From: Trypanosoma brucei
Taxonomy: Eukaryota
Direction of reading: 5' to 3'
Assembly: GCA_000002445.1 (NCBI GenBank)
Contig: CM000208.1
Location: 1,664,001 to 1,728,000, forward strand
Length of the DNA stretch: 64,000 nucleotides
Part shown: positions 52,940 to 64,000 of the stretch, in pieces
How positions within the stretch are numbered: position 1 is the stretch's first letter
How the letters are laid out: every line of letters starts with the position of its first letter
Notes under the pieces: model-generated
Seen by the model: the letters and a program-made list of their open reading frames with translations, nothing else
Database searches by the model: none
Told to the model about the DNA's origin: nothing
Program-made: the position numbers and the translations under genes

Positions 52940-54340
52940 ATGGAAAAGAAAGGATCGGGAAGGGGTGCCGGTGCGCGGGAGAGCAAATCATCCGCTGTTG
53001 CAGCAACTTGCAAGCACCAACACCCCTTGCCACCCTCGAAACCCGGTGGTGTTGAGGGAACAGGTGCCGTTGAGACGGGAACCATCAAGGAGGAAGTGGC
53101 TTCACGTGATAAGATACGGGAACGCCGCAACTGGCTCATTTATGAGCTTTACGTCCGACAGGAATACAGTCAGTGCTGTGCAGTTATTGATGCACAGTTG
53201 GCGGAGTGTAATGGCACATGCGAGTATGCTTTGTTCGTAAAGGGGTTGCTTACGAGGCGGAGTGGCGACTTGACGATATCATTCCAACATTTTCAGAAGG
53301 CGTTGACTCTTAATCCCGGGAGTCCCGCTTGTCTGCAACAGCTCGCTCAAACCTCCCTTCTGCTTGGCAAGTTTTATGAAGCGATCGAAAGTTTCCAGAG
53401 GGCTGAGGAGGCACGTGCAGCACGGGGTTTTAGGAAAGACTGGTCACTGCAATATGGAGTAGGTCTTTGCTACGAGTATATGAGGGAGTACCGGAAGGCA
53501 GAAGAGGCCTTTGTGAGCTCCATGCAGATACAGCGATTTGACTGCACAGTGCTGCGATTGAGTAAAGTTCTTGTATTACAGAAGCAGCACTCGCGCGCTA
53601 TTAGTTTGCTTGAAGAAGCTGTCTTAGGATCTCCTGACAATCCCGATATGCTAACGGTACTGGGTTTGCTTTATCTACGGGTAGACAGACCCGCAAAAGC
53701 CTTCAACTACTTGGGAAGATGCCTAATCTTGAACTCGTCCGACTCTAGGGCAACCATGGCGGCTGCGAGCATTATGCAAGAGAATGGAGAGTTTGGTGTG
53801 GCGCTAAACAAGTACCGAGTGGCCGTGCCAAAGCTTCCATCCTCTGCTTGCCTATGGAGCAATATTGGGATGTGTTTCTTTGGTCAGAAGAACATGCACG
53901 CGGCCGTCGCATGCCTGCGGAGGGCAGCCTCTTTGTCTCCATTTGAGTGGCGTATCGCATACAACCTAGGTCTCGTATTTTTACACCTCAAGCAGTACGC
54001 TTCCGCTTTTCACTACCTTTCTGCATCGACTCACTTGCACGGGAAGTATGCGTTGGCCTTCATGCACATTGGTGTCTGCCTTGCGCTAATGAGCGACTCG
54101 GACAATGCCTGTGCAGCGTATAATCGCGCGATTTCCATACAAGACGATCCACTTATTAGATTGAACTACTGCATCACTCTCGTTCACTGCGGGAAGGATG
54201 CAGAGGCTCGTGATCAGTTAGATAAGTTCATACAGATGAGGGAGCGAGGAAAGGAAAATTCTCAGCAGCATCCACAGCTAGATGTGGGACCAGTCGTTCC
54301 AAGGGCGTTAACCCTCCTTACGGCAAAGCTACGCAAATGA
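52940..54340 (+). CDS. BBS4: Bardet-Biedl syndrome 4 protein (BBS4) homolog, TPR-repeat BBSome subunit
   Basis: '[42 protein letters not shown]' matches human BBS4 '[42 protein letters not shown]'. '[58 protein letters not shown]' matches '[58 protein letters not shown]'. Confidence 0.9.
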   Translation: [466 protein letters not shown]

Positions 54341-54878
54341 TGAACGTAGGTGACTGCAAGTACAGTGGCGGTATGTGCGTGTGATTGGGAGAGCTATTCT
54401 CATTCGCTGGTGGTGGCACTGAAGAAAGGATCAATGGGGAAGAAGGAAACGGATGTCATACCATGGAGTTTAGGTGATGTGGCAAAGGTAAAGGACATAC
54501 GTCTGTTTGCTTGAGCAGGTCCTCGCGCACGTTGTCGTGCCCGTGAAGCCATCCAGGAAGAATTTCACGCGCGTATAGATACACAACCATATATCCCTAC
54601 TGGAGGATTATAAAAGCATGTTTAGGCTTATACGGGTGAAACGAAGTGAGGAGTGTGGCGGGGCAAAACGCAACTGCCTCCCAAACCCTAGTTTATTCCT
54701 TTTTTTAAACTGTCATCCTGTACCCTCTTCCACATACATAAACTGTTGTTTTCTTTTTGAATGGAACCGGTCGTTGTCGTGCAGCACAATAATTCGCTCG
54801 TTTACTGGAATATCTTTTGCTTTCCACATTACAACGGTGCAAGTGGCGGGAATCAACTAGTAAGGTCTTGTTGAAAAG

Positions 54879-55808
54879 TTGGAGAGGGATAGGGAACAAC
54901 GAAAGGCGATTCGTCAAAGGATGGAGCCACTGGAAAAGCTACAGAGTGAAATCGACCGTCTCAAAAGGGAGATTGCAGTGTTATCGTGTGCAGAAGACGA
55001 AGAGGCCCTCCGTGACATTTATGATGAGTTTCGTATGGATATTAAAGAGCACTACAGCAACTCTATTGGGGTGTATGTCTTGAAGTGCTTCACCGTGCCA
55101 ATTATTGTGGGTATCTGTGTTTTCCTATTTTGGCTCTCGTACGAAAACATTCGCTCGTGGTGGATGCGGAAGTCCGTGACAAAGGGGCTGAACAACATCT
55201 CTATTGTTGCGGATGAAATATCAGAACGCAAACTAACGCAGGCGGCGTGGAGGTCCACGCGCCGGCGTGTCTGCTTTTTCGTAGTGATCAAATGTTTTAT
55301 TGCCGTCACCTGTATTTTCTTCTTTGTTGGAATGCGTTTCCTCATGGAGGCATCAGTACGTGTTTGGTTGAGAAATGTACTTGTACCATCCATGGAAGAA
55401 AACGTGACGGCCTACGATAGCCCAGTGGGTACTAGCAACGATTTCAATCCCATGTCGGGAATCAGATATGAAGTCCACAACTTCCTGGCGTCTCTGCTTG
55501 GCCTTGACTGGGTAAGAGATTTGCAAAGCGTGTATCTGTTTTATCTTTTTGGACCCGGCCTCTTGGCTTTCGGCCTCGGTGTTATGCGCTCTGCTGCGAT
55601 TGATATGATGGCACTTGGCGAGAAATTCAGTTTGCCGTTGGATACACTCAAGATGTACCGCACGAAGAAGAAGGAGGTGTACGATCTGCAGATGCAAAAG
55701 CGTGTGGAGGAAGTGATGACCAAATTATATGCACTTGCCGATCCCTCTATCCCGTTGCTAGAGGAGGACAAGCGCGTGGACGACGAGGAGGAAATGCCGG
55801 GCGAGTAG
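54879..55808 (+). CDS. hypothetical membrane protein (N-terminal coiled coil, several TM helices)
   Basis: 309-aa ORF. 'LEKLQSEIDRLKREIAVL' is coiled-coil-like. Hydrophobic helices are 'FTVPIIVGICVFLFWL', 'FFVVIKCFIAVTCIFFFVGM' and 'LFYLFGPGLLAFGLGV'. Confidence 0.4.
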   Translation: MERDREQRKAIRQRMEPLEKLQSEIDRLKREIAVLSCAEDEEALRDIYDEFRMDIKEHYSNSIGVYVLKCFTVPIIVGICVFLFWLSYENIRSWWMRKSVTKGLNNISIVADEISERKLTQAAWRSTRRRVCFFVVIKCFIAVTCIFFFVGMRFLMEASVRVWLRNVLVPSMEENVTAYDSPVGTSNDFNPMSGIRYEVHNFLASLLGLDWVRDLQSVYLFYLFGPGLLAFGLGVMRSAAIDMMALGEKFSLPLDTLKMYRTKKKEVYDLQMQKRVEEVMTKLYALADPSIPLLEEDKRVDDEEEMPGE

Positions 55809-55848
55809 TTGCAGCCGCACTTATTTTTGTTTGGTGTTTCTCCGTTGT

Positions 55849-55873
55849 AGTTTGTTTGTTTTGTTTGTTTGTA
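55849..55873. repeat. (GTTT)n microsatellite
   Basis: 'gtttgtttgttttgtttgtttgtag'. Confidence 0.8.
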
Positions 55874-57334
55874 GAATCCCTTCACGGTGAAAATGTACTC
55901 ATCAGCGGCTGTCCATAAGTAAATAATGTGATATGTGCTCCTACACGGACGCGACAAGTTGTCGCTATTTTGGCTTTGTTCCTTCTTCTTTCATTTATGG
56001 ATGCTGACGAGCGGTGTGGGAGAAGTGAGTGAAGAGCAATCGCATGGGGGGAAAAAAGGGAACTGATGTATGCGGTTGGTAGAGGTGGATGTAAACGAGT
56101 GGAGTGGCCGTTTCTGTGTTCCAAAAAAAAAGTTACCGTAAGAAAAGTTTTGGTTTGTGCGCTGTGTTTTATCGTATGGGGCCCAACGGATAAATTCCTA
56201 CCAACTGGTACTGCGCAGTGCGAAAGAAGCATTCCTTTTCTCTTTTGTCTCATTGTAAAAAAAAAAAAAGAAACGAATTTACGTCAAGTTGTGTGTGTGT
56301 GTTTCTGTGTGCGTGCTTATTTGTTTTATATTCTTTCCTCTGTGGTACAGCTTTCTTTGCCTCCCTCTTGACGTTACGCTCGGGAGAGAAAAGGACTCCT
56401 TTCTTCCACAGCGTTTCCGGCGGTACCTTCCCTCATACATGAAGCAGGTAAATTTTATGTACCGACGGCCGGGTGCGGGTCGTGGTGATATACCTCTGAC
56501 CAGTAATGTGTTGTTATTGCGTTTGTTTTATTTTACTTTGTTTATTTGCTTCCCCCATTTAACTTCCTCTTTTCTTTTCTTTTCTTTTTACACCATCCAT
56601 GCTTCTTTTTCATTTCATTCTTATGCAAAAATTCCCTCGACAGGGGCTGTAGTAACATTCGCGATCTCGAGATTTAAAGCTTAATGAGGCTAATAGCTGC
56701 AGATGATATTATTTCTTTCGGTCAGTCTGTGTGCTAAGCTTTCGAGGAGGGGATATCGACAGAAAGTTATGCCTACATGGGTTTCTTGTGTTATATACAT
56801 GTTTAATTGGGCGATGTGCATGTTAAGATACTTCACCTTTACGCAGTTAATGAAATAAGAGGAACTGTGGTGATAATATTGCTGGTTTGGTGCCACGTTC
56901 CTATAGTCACTGGCGGCCGAATGCTGTGGAATGTTAAAACTCCGTTTGTGTAAGCGTACGTGTGTTTGTATTCGACTCTTAATGTGGTATCCAGAGTAAC
57001 ACAAATGCATAAAGGGTGTGGTGTGCAATTTGTTGCAGCACTATTACTTTCCTCTGCAACGAGGAGATGTCAACGTAAAATAAATAAATAAAATAGTAAG
57101 ACTAGATGCTAGCACACTACCACTAACAGTGTGCTTGGCGCACCGTTTCACACCCTTACAACTTTCTGGGTTTCTGATATTTCTTGCGCTTCTCTAAACT
57201 TTTTCTTTTGTGGAGAAGAGTGCCTTTGCACAACCAAAAGTGTGTGCGAAGGAGGGTCTAGTGGTGAAACGGCATAAACAGGTCGTAGCGGAGGAAGGGA
57301 AGGATAATTTGCGCTAAACTGTGGAAAGGGTGAC

Positions 57335-58297
57335 ATGAATCGTACGGGTGGGTCGGTATATGCACATGCGCTATCGCAGTTTGCTGTTTGCAGACAGCCA
57401 TGGAATGAATATATTGGCCTTCTCACAAAGCAGGACTCTACACCTTACCACACAGAACCGCAAGAAAAACCAGCATACAGGGGTCGCAAGCAAGGGCGGG
57501 AGGGATGGCTTTTTGGGCAGCAGGTGCAACTGCACTATCACCGCTTTCCCGACGAACAACTCATCACAAATCTCTCTCGTTGGCGCACCGGTGAGACGGT
57601 AGGAGATATTGCCATGCAACAGTTCCGCAATGCACAACCATTCGACATTGAAGATAAGGACCCACAAGGGGTGCAGAGACCATCACCTGAAGTTTATATG
57701 AAGCTTAACTACAAGAATCCCGCCACCATATCTCGTTTCTTAACTAGGACGGGTCACATGTACCCGGCTGACATTCTTCCACTCAACCCTGAGGCTGTAG
57801 TAAAGCTTCGCGTAGCGAAGGCGCAGGCCATTCGCATTGGCCTCTACCCACGCTTTGGAAACCCTTTCTGGTTTCGCTCGCAAAAATTCAGACCGAAGGC
57901 GTACCAGGAGAATTATGACCCGACGACGTACTCCACAAAGCGCACCGTTGAACATTTTGCGTATAACTGGGTCCAAACCGACCGCATACGGCGCTATTTT
58001 AGGGAACTTGAGGCTGTGCACACGAGCGGTTCTGCCAGTGCCCGTGGCAGTGGTGGTGGCACAACGGCAGAGCACAAGCAGCAGGATCAGTTTTACTCGC
58101 CCGAGAATCAACCGATTTCTCTGCATCGGAATAATATATCGTACATGGAGGATGTTGGGCGCTCAGTGAAGAATCCAACCGTACCGGGACTCATGTCGAC
58201 AAAAGGTATGAAGAAGAAGTTCCACAATCTGTATTCCTCAACATCGACGAAGCGCATGGGTTTCTCGAACCCGACACTGGGTATCAAGAAGGTGTAA
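57335..58297 (+). CDS. bS18-like (ribosomal protein S18 fold) protein, probably mitoribosomal
   Basis: 'LNYKNPATISRFLTRTGHMYPADILPLNPEAVVKLRVAKAQAIRIGLYP' fits the S18 signature 'i.YKN...L.rFi...GkI.prr.TgL..k.QR.L..AIKrAR.lgLlP'. It sits in a 320-aa protein with long extensions, typical of kinetoplastid mitoribosomal proteins. Confidence 0.5.
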   Translation: MNRTGGSVYAHALSQFAVCRQPWNEYIGLLTKQDSTPYHTEPQEKPAYRGRKQGREGWLFGQQVQLHYHRFPDEQLITNLSRWRTGETVGDIAMQQFRNAQPFDIEDKDPQGVQRPSPEVYMKLNYKNPATISRFLTRTGHMYPADILPLNPEAVVKLRVAKAQAIRIGLYPRFGNPFWFRSQKFRPKAYQENYDPTTYSTKRTVEHFAYNWVQTDRIRRYFRELEAVHTSGSASARGSGGGTTAEHKQQDQFYSPENQPISLHRNNISYMEDVGRSVKNPTVPGLMSTKGMKKKFHNLYSSTSTKRMGFSNPTLGIKKV

Positions 58298-58774
58298 AGG
58301 AGGTCTTATCCGCCTGTGTTTACACAGCTTTCGTCAAAACTCCTCCTATTTGATTATTTTCTGTTTGTTGAAATGATTACGTTTGGTGTCTTCATGCTGT
58401 ATACCTATATATATATAAATATATATTCTTTTTATAGTGACTGCTCCGGCTCTGTCAATCGTATTTGCCCATTTTATTCTGACACACTGTTCTCTTTTTT
58501 TTTTTTCGTAGTGATGTAGTAGTGGTATTTATGCGAAATTTTGACTTGTTGGGGGGACCCCTCATAGTAGCCACCACTGAATAATACACAGTACTCCAAA
58601 GAGGAGTAGAGAAGTTCGTGAATGATGCACTTTCATCTGTAAAACAAGGTCCACTATCTCAAATATGTGAACGGAAGTACAAGTAGGGAGCAAATGTAGC
58701 TGACTATTGCGGCACCAACATGTGTGCACGTAGCTTTGCAAGACCTACTGAGGGTTCGTAAGTGAAGCAATTTT

Positions 58775-58860
58775 TTTTTTTGTTGTTTCTCTTCTCTCCT
58801 CATTTCCTCATTACCTTTTTTTTCTTTCTGCACTTCTTCGTACTGCAAGGTGATGCCTCA
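58775..58860 (+). promoter_or_regulatory. long polypyrimidine tract (SL-addition/polyadenylation signal) upstream of the endonuclease V gene
   Basis: 'ttttttttttttgttgtttctcttctctcctcatttcctcattaccttttttttctttctgcacttcttcgtactgcaag'. The automatic ORF (58762) reads through this tract as 'FFFLLFLFSPHFLITFFFF', which is not credible protein sequence. Confidence 0.5.
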
Positions 58861-59004
58861 GTGTGCCCGCGGTTGCTTCTGTGGTGGTGTTTTTCTGTAA
58901 GGTCAAACAATCAACCCTCCGCCTCGTATTTTCCGGCGTCACGGCACCAGAAAGCGAACCTGTTGGGGTTCCTTGCGGGGTACATAAACACAGGAACTGA
59001 ACAT

Positions 59005-59955
59005 ATGGGTGTGGGAGAAATGAGTGAAGTTACCGCGACAAAGTTGGACATGTGGGCTTCCATGCAAAAAAGGTTGGCCGCTGAGGTGTGTGTACCCAAC
59101 ACCAATGGAATGGTGGAACTTTACGAGGAAGGTACTGAGTGTGTAAAGGCTCCACGCGACTCCTTCTTGCTTCCCCACCACCTTGTGGAAGAGTTTGCAT
59201 CTTCTGCAATTGGACCACAACTTGAACGCGATGAACGCCGTCGGGGAAGGCACTCCCCTCCCATTCTCCGCCACGTCGGCGGCGTTGACATATCCTTTAT
59301 TCAGGGAGGTGATACCGCAGTTGCTTGTCTTGCCGTGATGGAGTATCCGTCTATGAAAGTGTGCCGTACTTTTGTTCAGCGTTGTGAGGTCAAGGAACCA
59401 TATATAACGTCTTACCTCGCGTTCCGGGAGGCGGGCCCACTGGTGCAGTTGATTGAGAGCGTACGTGATGAGTTATTTGAAGAGGCATGTTTCCCCCAAC
59501 TTCTACTAGTTGATGGTTGTGGCGTGCACCATCCACTTCGATGTGGACTTGCAAGTCACTTGGGAGTTGTATTGGATATTCCCACCGTTGGATGCGCTAA
59601 GAAGTTCCTGTCGATAGATGGGATTACACGCGACTCTATGGATGCTCGTTTTGCAGAGGAACACACCGTAGCATCACGTCGATTTGAAGGTACATACCTT
59701 TCCAGTAGCTCGGGGGTGTGCGAGGCTTGCTTCGTACCTATAATTGGCGAGAGTGGAAGACTTTGGGGTTATGCGGCTACGCCCAACCGTCGAGTTAAAA
59801 ACCCCATTTTCATTTCGCCTGGGAACCGCGTCGGATATGCAGAGGCCGCAGCGCTGGCTGTTTCCATGTGCAAATATCGTGTTCCCGAACCCATCCGCGC
59901 TGCCGACTTGCACTCGCGTGAGTTTATCCGACGGATTCAACTAAATGAATGCTGA
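59005..59955 (+). CDS. endonuclease V (deoxyinosine 3' endonuclease, Nfi family)
   Basis: 'VGGVDISF' (catalytic Asp region), 'PYITSYLAFREAGPL', 'LLLVDGCGVHHPLRCGLASHLGVVLDIPTVGCAKKFL', 'PIFISPGNRVGYAEAAALAVSMCKYRVPEPIRAADLHSREFIR'. All are canonical EndoV blocks. The start is placed at the first Met after the polypyrimidine tract; 59020 is an alternative. Confidence 0.85.
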   Translation: MGVGEMSEVTATKLDMWASMQKRLAAEVCVPNTNGMVELYEEGTECVKAPRDSFLLPHHLVEEFASSAIGPQLERDERRRGRHSPPILRHVGGVDISFIQGGDTAVACLAVMEYPSMKVCRTFVQRCEVKEPYITSYLAFREAGPLVQLIESVRDELFEEACFPQLLLVDGCGVHHPLRCGLASHLGVVLDIPTVGCAKKFLSIDGITRDSMDARFAEEHTVASRRFEGTYLSSSSGVCEACFVPIIGESGRLWGYAATPNRRVKNPIFISPGNRVGYAEAAALAVSMCKYRVPEPIRAADLHSREFIRRIQLNEC

Positions 59956-60447
59956 GCGGCCACGGGACGTTGAACGCTTGTTTCTCATGTATTTTTGCGT
60001 GTAACAGTGGCGGGAAAGAAGAAGAAGAGGAGGCAGAATGGGGGTGTGGCTGAAGAGGTTGGTACCACTAGTTGATGTATTTGAACGCTCTGGGAAGGAG
60101 GGGGAAACACGTTGAGTCATCGCATCCCCCCTTTGCAGTTCTCCTTTTCACTATGTTTTTCCCCACATCCACTTCCGCAGCCAGGAATGGGGATACGCAT
60201 TTCTGGTGTGGTCGTTTTACATCGCTTTCCCTTTCCATGTTCTCCTCTTTGTGGGAACCCGGGGCAGTGTTTGATGGTGGCGTTTGTGCAAACCTACTAG
60301 TTAACTGAGGGTCATTTGTGCATTTATTTTCGAAACAACAACAACAACAAAAACATCAACACCACTTTGCTTTTAAAAAAAAAATGAAAAAATAAGGTAC
60401 ACGAAAAATTCCACAGAAACAGATAGCTTGCCCACGGTTGGTAGGGA

Positions 60448-61545
60448 ATGATATTTTTACTGTTCATAAGCTTTATTGGTTGGGTACTCTGGTCCCTGTA
60501 CTCCCTCTTGTCGTACCGCCGCGTGTCTGTAGCGGGGAAGACTGTGGTGATTACAGGCGGCTCCGTAGGCATTGGAAAGCACCTTGCGCTTCATTTCCTT
60601 CGGCTTGGCGCGACCGTGCATGTATGGGACGACAACAAGGAGAAACTGTCACAGTTGTCTAAGGAGGCACTGCTGATTCCCTCTCCTCGGCCAACCAAAA
60701 GTGCAAACTGTGACACAGAAGGGTTAACGGAAACGAGCGCAAACGAGCTTGAGGGTAACGACTGCTTGAAGACAGTTGTTGTTGATTTGTCCAATCGGTT
60801 TCATCTGCACCGTCTAGTGAAGCAGGTTGGAACCGTCCATATCGTCGTTAATGCGGCACTAAATGTGAGCAGCAAGGCGTTTTTGGACCATGCTGACAAC
60901 GCTATTGAACGCATCCTGCACGTCAACGCTTTGTGCCCCCTTATCCTCGCAAGAGCCTTCCTCCCGGCGATGTTGGAGCGTCGGGACGGGTACTTCGTCA
61001 CTATTACGGATGCGAACGGGTTGCTGGGAAACGCGTCACAGCCGGATTTCGCTGCCTCACAATGGGCGGCCGTTGGTGCGCACGAGAGCATCCAAATGCT
61101 AATTAGAGAAAATGGATGCTGCGGCAAGGTTCGTACGACATTGTTATGTCCGTACAATGTTGTGAGTAGTCAACCAACGTTACTACGGACACCATCACCG
61201 TTCTCTTCTTCTAGAGTAATGAACACAGCAGACGCGGCAAACACCGCAGAGGGGCAGTCAGTAAACACCATAAGGAGGTCTCGTATTCTGGGTTACTTCC
61301 TTTCAATCTTTAGGCGCCCTGTTACCCCGGAGGAGGCGGCAGAGGCCTGCGTTTGGGCCATCACACACGGTGTGGAACGGCTGTATATCCCGTACAGCCT
61401 GCTGTTCCTGACCCTTTTCAGGTTTTTACCGGTTCCGTGGTTTATGTGGGTGATTTCCCCGTCCACCCAAAGTACCAATGTAGAGACCAGCAAGGGGAAT
61501 TGTCCAAGCGAAAGTGACAGTAGCAGGAGTAGTTCGGAGAAATGA
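60448..61545 (+). CDS. short-chain dehydrogenase/reductase (SDR)-fold protein with N-terminal TM anchor; catalytic residues appear substituted
   Basis: Rossmann motif 'GKTVVITGGSVGIGKHLAL' (TGxxxGxG) and 'VVNAALNV' (NNAG-like). The position of the catalytic Y-x-x-x-K reads 'FAASQ' (61048..61062). The catalytic Ser region reads 'VTITDANG'. A hydrophobic helix at the N-terminus is 'IFLLFISFIGWVLWSLYSLL'. Confidence 0.7.
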   Translation: MIFLLFISFIGWVLWSLYSLLSYRRVSVAGKTVVITGGSVGIGKHLALHFLRLGATVHVWDDNKEKLSQLSKEALLIPSPRPTKSANCDTEGLTETSANELEGNDCLKTVVVDLSNRFHLHRLVKQVGTVHIVVNAALNVSSKAFLDHADNAIERILHVNALCPLILARAFLPAMLERRDGYFVTITDANGLLGNASQPDFAASQWAAVGAHESIQMLIRENGCCGKVRTTLLCPYNVVSSQPTLLRTPSPFSSSRVMNTADAANTAEGQSVNTIRRSRILGYFLSIFRRPVTPEEAAEACVWAITHGVERLYIPYSLLFLTLFRFLPVPWFMWVISPSTQSTNVETSKGNCPSESDSSRSSSEK

Positions 61546-62542
61546 GCAAGCAACTTCTGCTCCCACTACGTTGAGATCTGTCGTTGTTGTGTCTTTGGCT
61601 GTGATAATTTGGTTGGTCGTGCAATGGCTGGTGCAGTTGGTTTCGTATTTCAGTGTGGGTTTGGGGGAAATAGATGATGTTGCAGGACGTTTTTTTTTTT
61701 GTATTTACAAGTGATTGGGAATACTTCGACCAATATTTATCTCTTCCGACAGGGTTATCGACGAGAGGCGACGGGCATGAATCTTGTGGCCACGAGTAGT
61801 TGCTTTTTTATCCTTTGGTTGTCCTTAAGAGCGTATGTGGCAGTCTAAGTGCTCTTTCACTTTCGATTTGCATGGGCTTTTCAGCTCCACAAATTTCTTT
61901 TTCTTTTATATAAATGTCGGGGATCACATGGAGAAGGATGGCGACGATGAGCGATTGCGTTCGTATCCTGCGTTGGTGGTTATTCAATTTACAACTGGAT
62001 TTATGGCTAGTGCATGTACCCTGATGTGGCTCGTGGTGGCGTGGGAGTTGTTCACATTAGGGCCAATGAATTTGTTAATAGCCGTGCGCGGAAGCACGTA
62101 TCGTTTACTCCGATCTTTCGAGTGCATATGTGCTGTATTGCTGAAAAGGATGGATATGTGTTTGATTTAGGTTTAGATGGACTAGGGTCATTTCCGTACC
62201 GCGGTAGTTGGGGGGATGGGCTCTCACCTCACTTTGGAGTGTGTTTTATTGTTCTATCCTTTACTGATGCAGTGACTTTTTAAAATCCTTCCCCTATCGT
62301 TTTTCTTTTCGTTGCAGTTAGAGGTGAAGTCGCAGTCCTTTCGTTTGTTTTGCCGTCACGTGGGGTAAACATGAGAGAGCTGCGCACGGAGAGCTTGGTT
62401 GATGTTTGCCACGTGTTGTTTTCCCATCTGCGTGGGAAGCTAATACTTGGTGAAAGTGGGGTACATGAGCATGGGGAAAGAGGCATTAGGTATGGCATGT
62501 GTAGAGCTGCACTTTGGTGTATACTTGAAGCCCAGTCTGCGA

Positions 62543-62577
62543 GTGTGTGTGTGTGTGTGTATGTGTGTGTGTGTGTG
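62543..62577. repeat. (GT)n microsatellite
   Basis: 'gtgtgtgtgtgtgtgtgtatgtgtgtgtgtgtgtg' in the GAPDH 5' flank. Confidence 0.9.
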
Positions 62578-62725
62578 CTTTCTTTGTTAATTTTGGCTCC
62601 ATTTTTTCTTTTTCTTTTTTTTCATTGCATCCTTCCGAAACGTGTGCACTGGTGTCTGCACACACGTTTGGCACCTTGTGGCTGTGGGGAAGATTCCATA
62701 ATTTGACAGCTCCAAAAACAATTAA

Positions 62726-63748
<1,023 letters not shown>

Positions 63749-64000
63749 GAAAGTGGGCTTTTAGCCACTTCTTTTCTTTTTTGTTGCGTTTTACCCCCTA
63801 CTCATCAAGGTAAAATGCTCTCGCTTCAAACATTCAACCCGAAAGCAACCACGACGAGTGCCAATAGGAGATTGGCCGGGGGAAGCAGGAGGTACTTATA
63901 TCTTTTTCAATTCAACAAATTTATGGGGATATAACGCGCAATTTGTGGAGTTCTGTGACACAATTAAAAGGGGTCAGTTTTTTTTGTTTTTCTCTTGCAT

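Noticed and set aside
58762-59004. N-terminal 81 codons of the endonuclease V ORF ('MKQFFFLLFLFSPHFLITFFFF...').
   Set aside because: It is a translation of the polypyrimidine trans-splicing tract. The EndoV homology starts after Met at 59005/59020.

Overview
This 64-kb window reads as nuclear DNA from a kinetoplastid, most likely Trypanosoma of the brucei group. That assignment is inference from three things: the gene set, an E. coli gapA-like cytosolic GAPDH, and a PTP1-like phosphatase; the organisation below is consistent with it. Every credible coding region lies on the + strand, which fits a single polycistronic transcription unit with no strand-switch region. Intergenic regions carry polypyrimidine tracts followed by AG (trans-splice acceptor/polyadenylation signals) and many (TG)n/(AT)n microsatellites. 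I found no tRNA, rRNA, CRISPR or intact transposon.

About 30 genes are recognisable from motifs I can read directly. They include a DENND6-like protein, a J-protein, a DDX5/Dbp2 DEAD-box helicase, a p24/GOLD protein, BUD31/G10, LC8 dynein light chain, an NSUN2/Trm4 tRNA m5C methyltransferase, a protein tyrosine phosphatase, a PDZ/poly-Pro protein, a tandem-BRCT protein, VPS45, a very large GCP (Spc97/98) protein, DRG GTPase, guanylate kinase, BBS4, a bS18-like mitoribosomal protein, endonuclease V, an SDR-fold protein and cytosolic GAPDH.

The most striking structure is a ~10.7-kb head-to-tail array at 27.2-37.9 kb of five paralogous multi-pass membrane proteins of the CTL/Pns1 (SLC44, 'Choline_transpo') family. 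Their 3' halves, 3' flanks and 5' flanks are nucleotide-identical or nearly so. Their N-terminal and transmembrane halves are a patchwork of segments shared between different copies. Two subfamilies are present, and the last copy is frameshifted. This is a candidate for an actively diversifying, gene-conversion-driven transporter family.

Secondary observations are listed under findings. They include a 649-bp direct repeat flanking BUD31, an SDR-fold protein whose three catalytic residues all appear substituted, an interstitial CCCTAA telomere-like motif just upstream of BBS4, and an unusually long gap containing a compositionally odd 483-aa ORF.

All identifications come from reading the sequence and recalling family motifs. 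No database search was possible, so product names should be taken as family-level.
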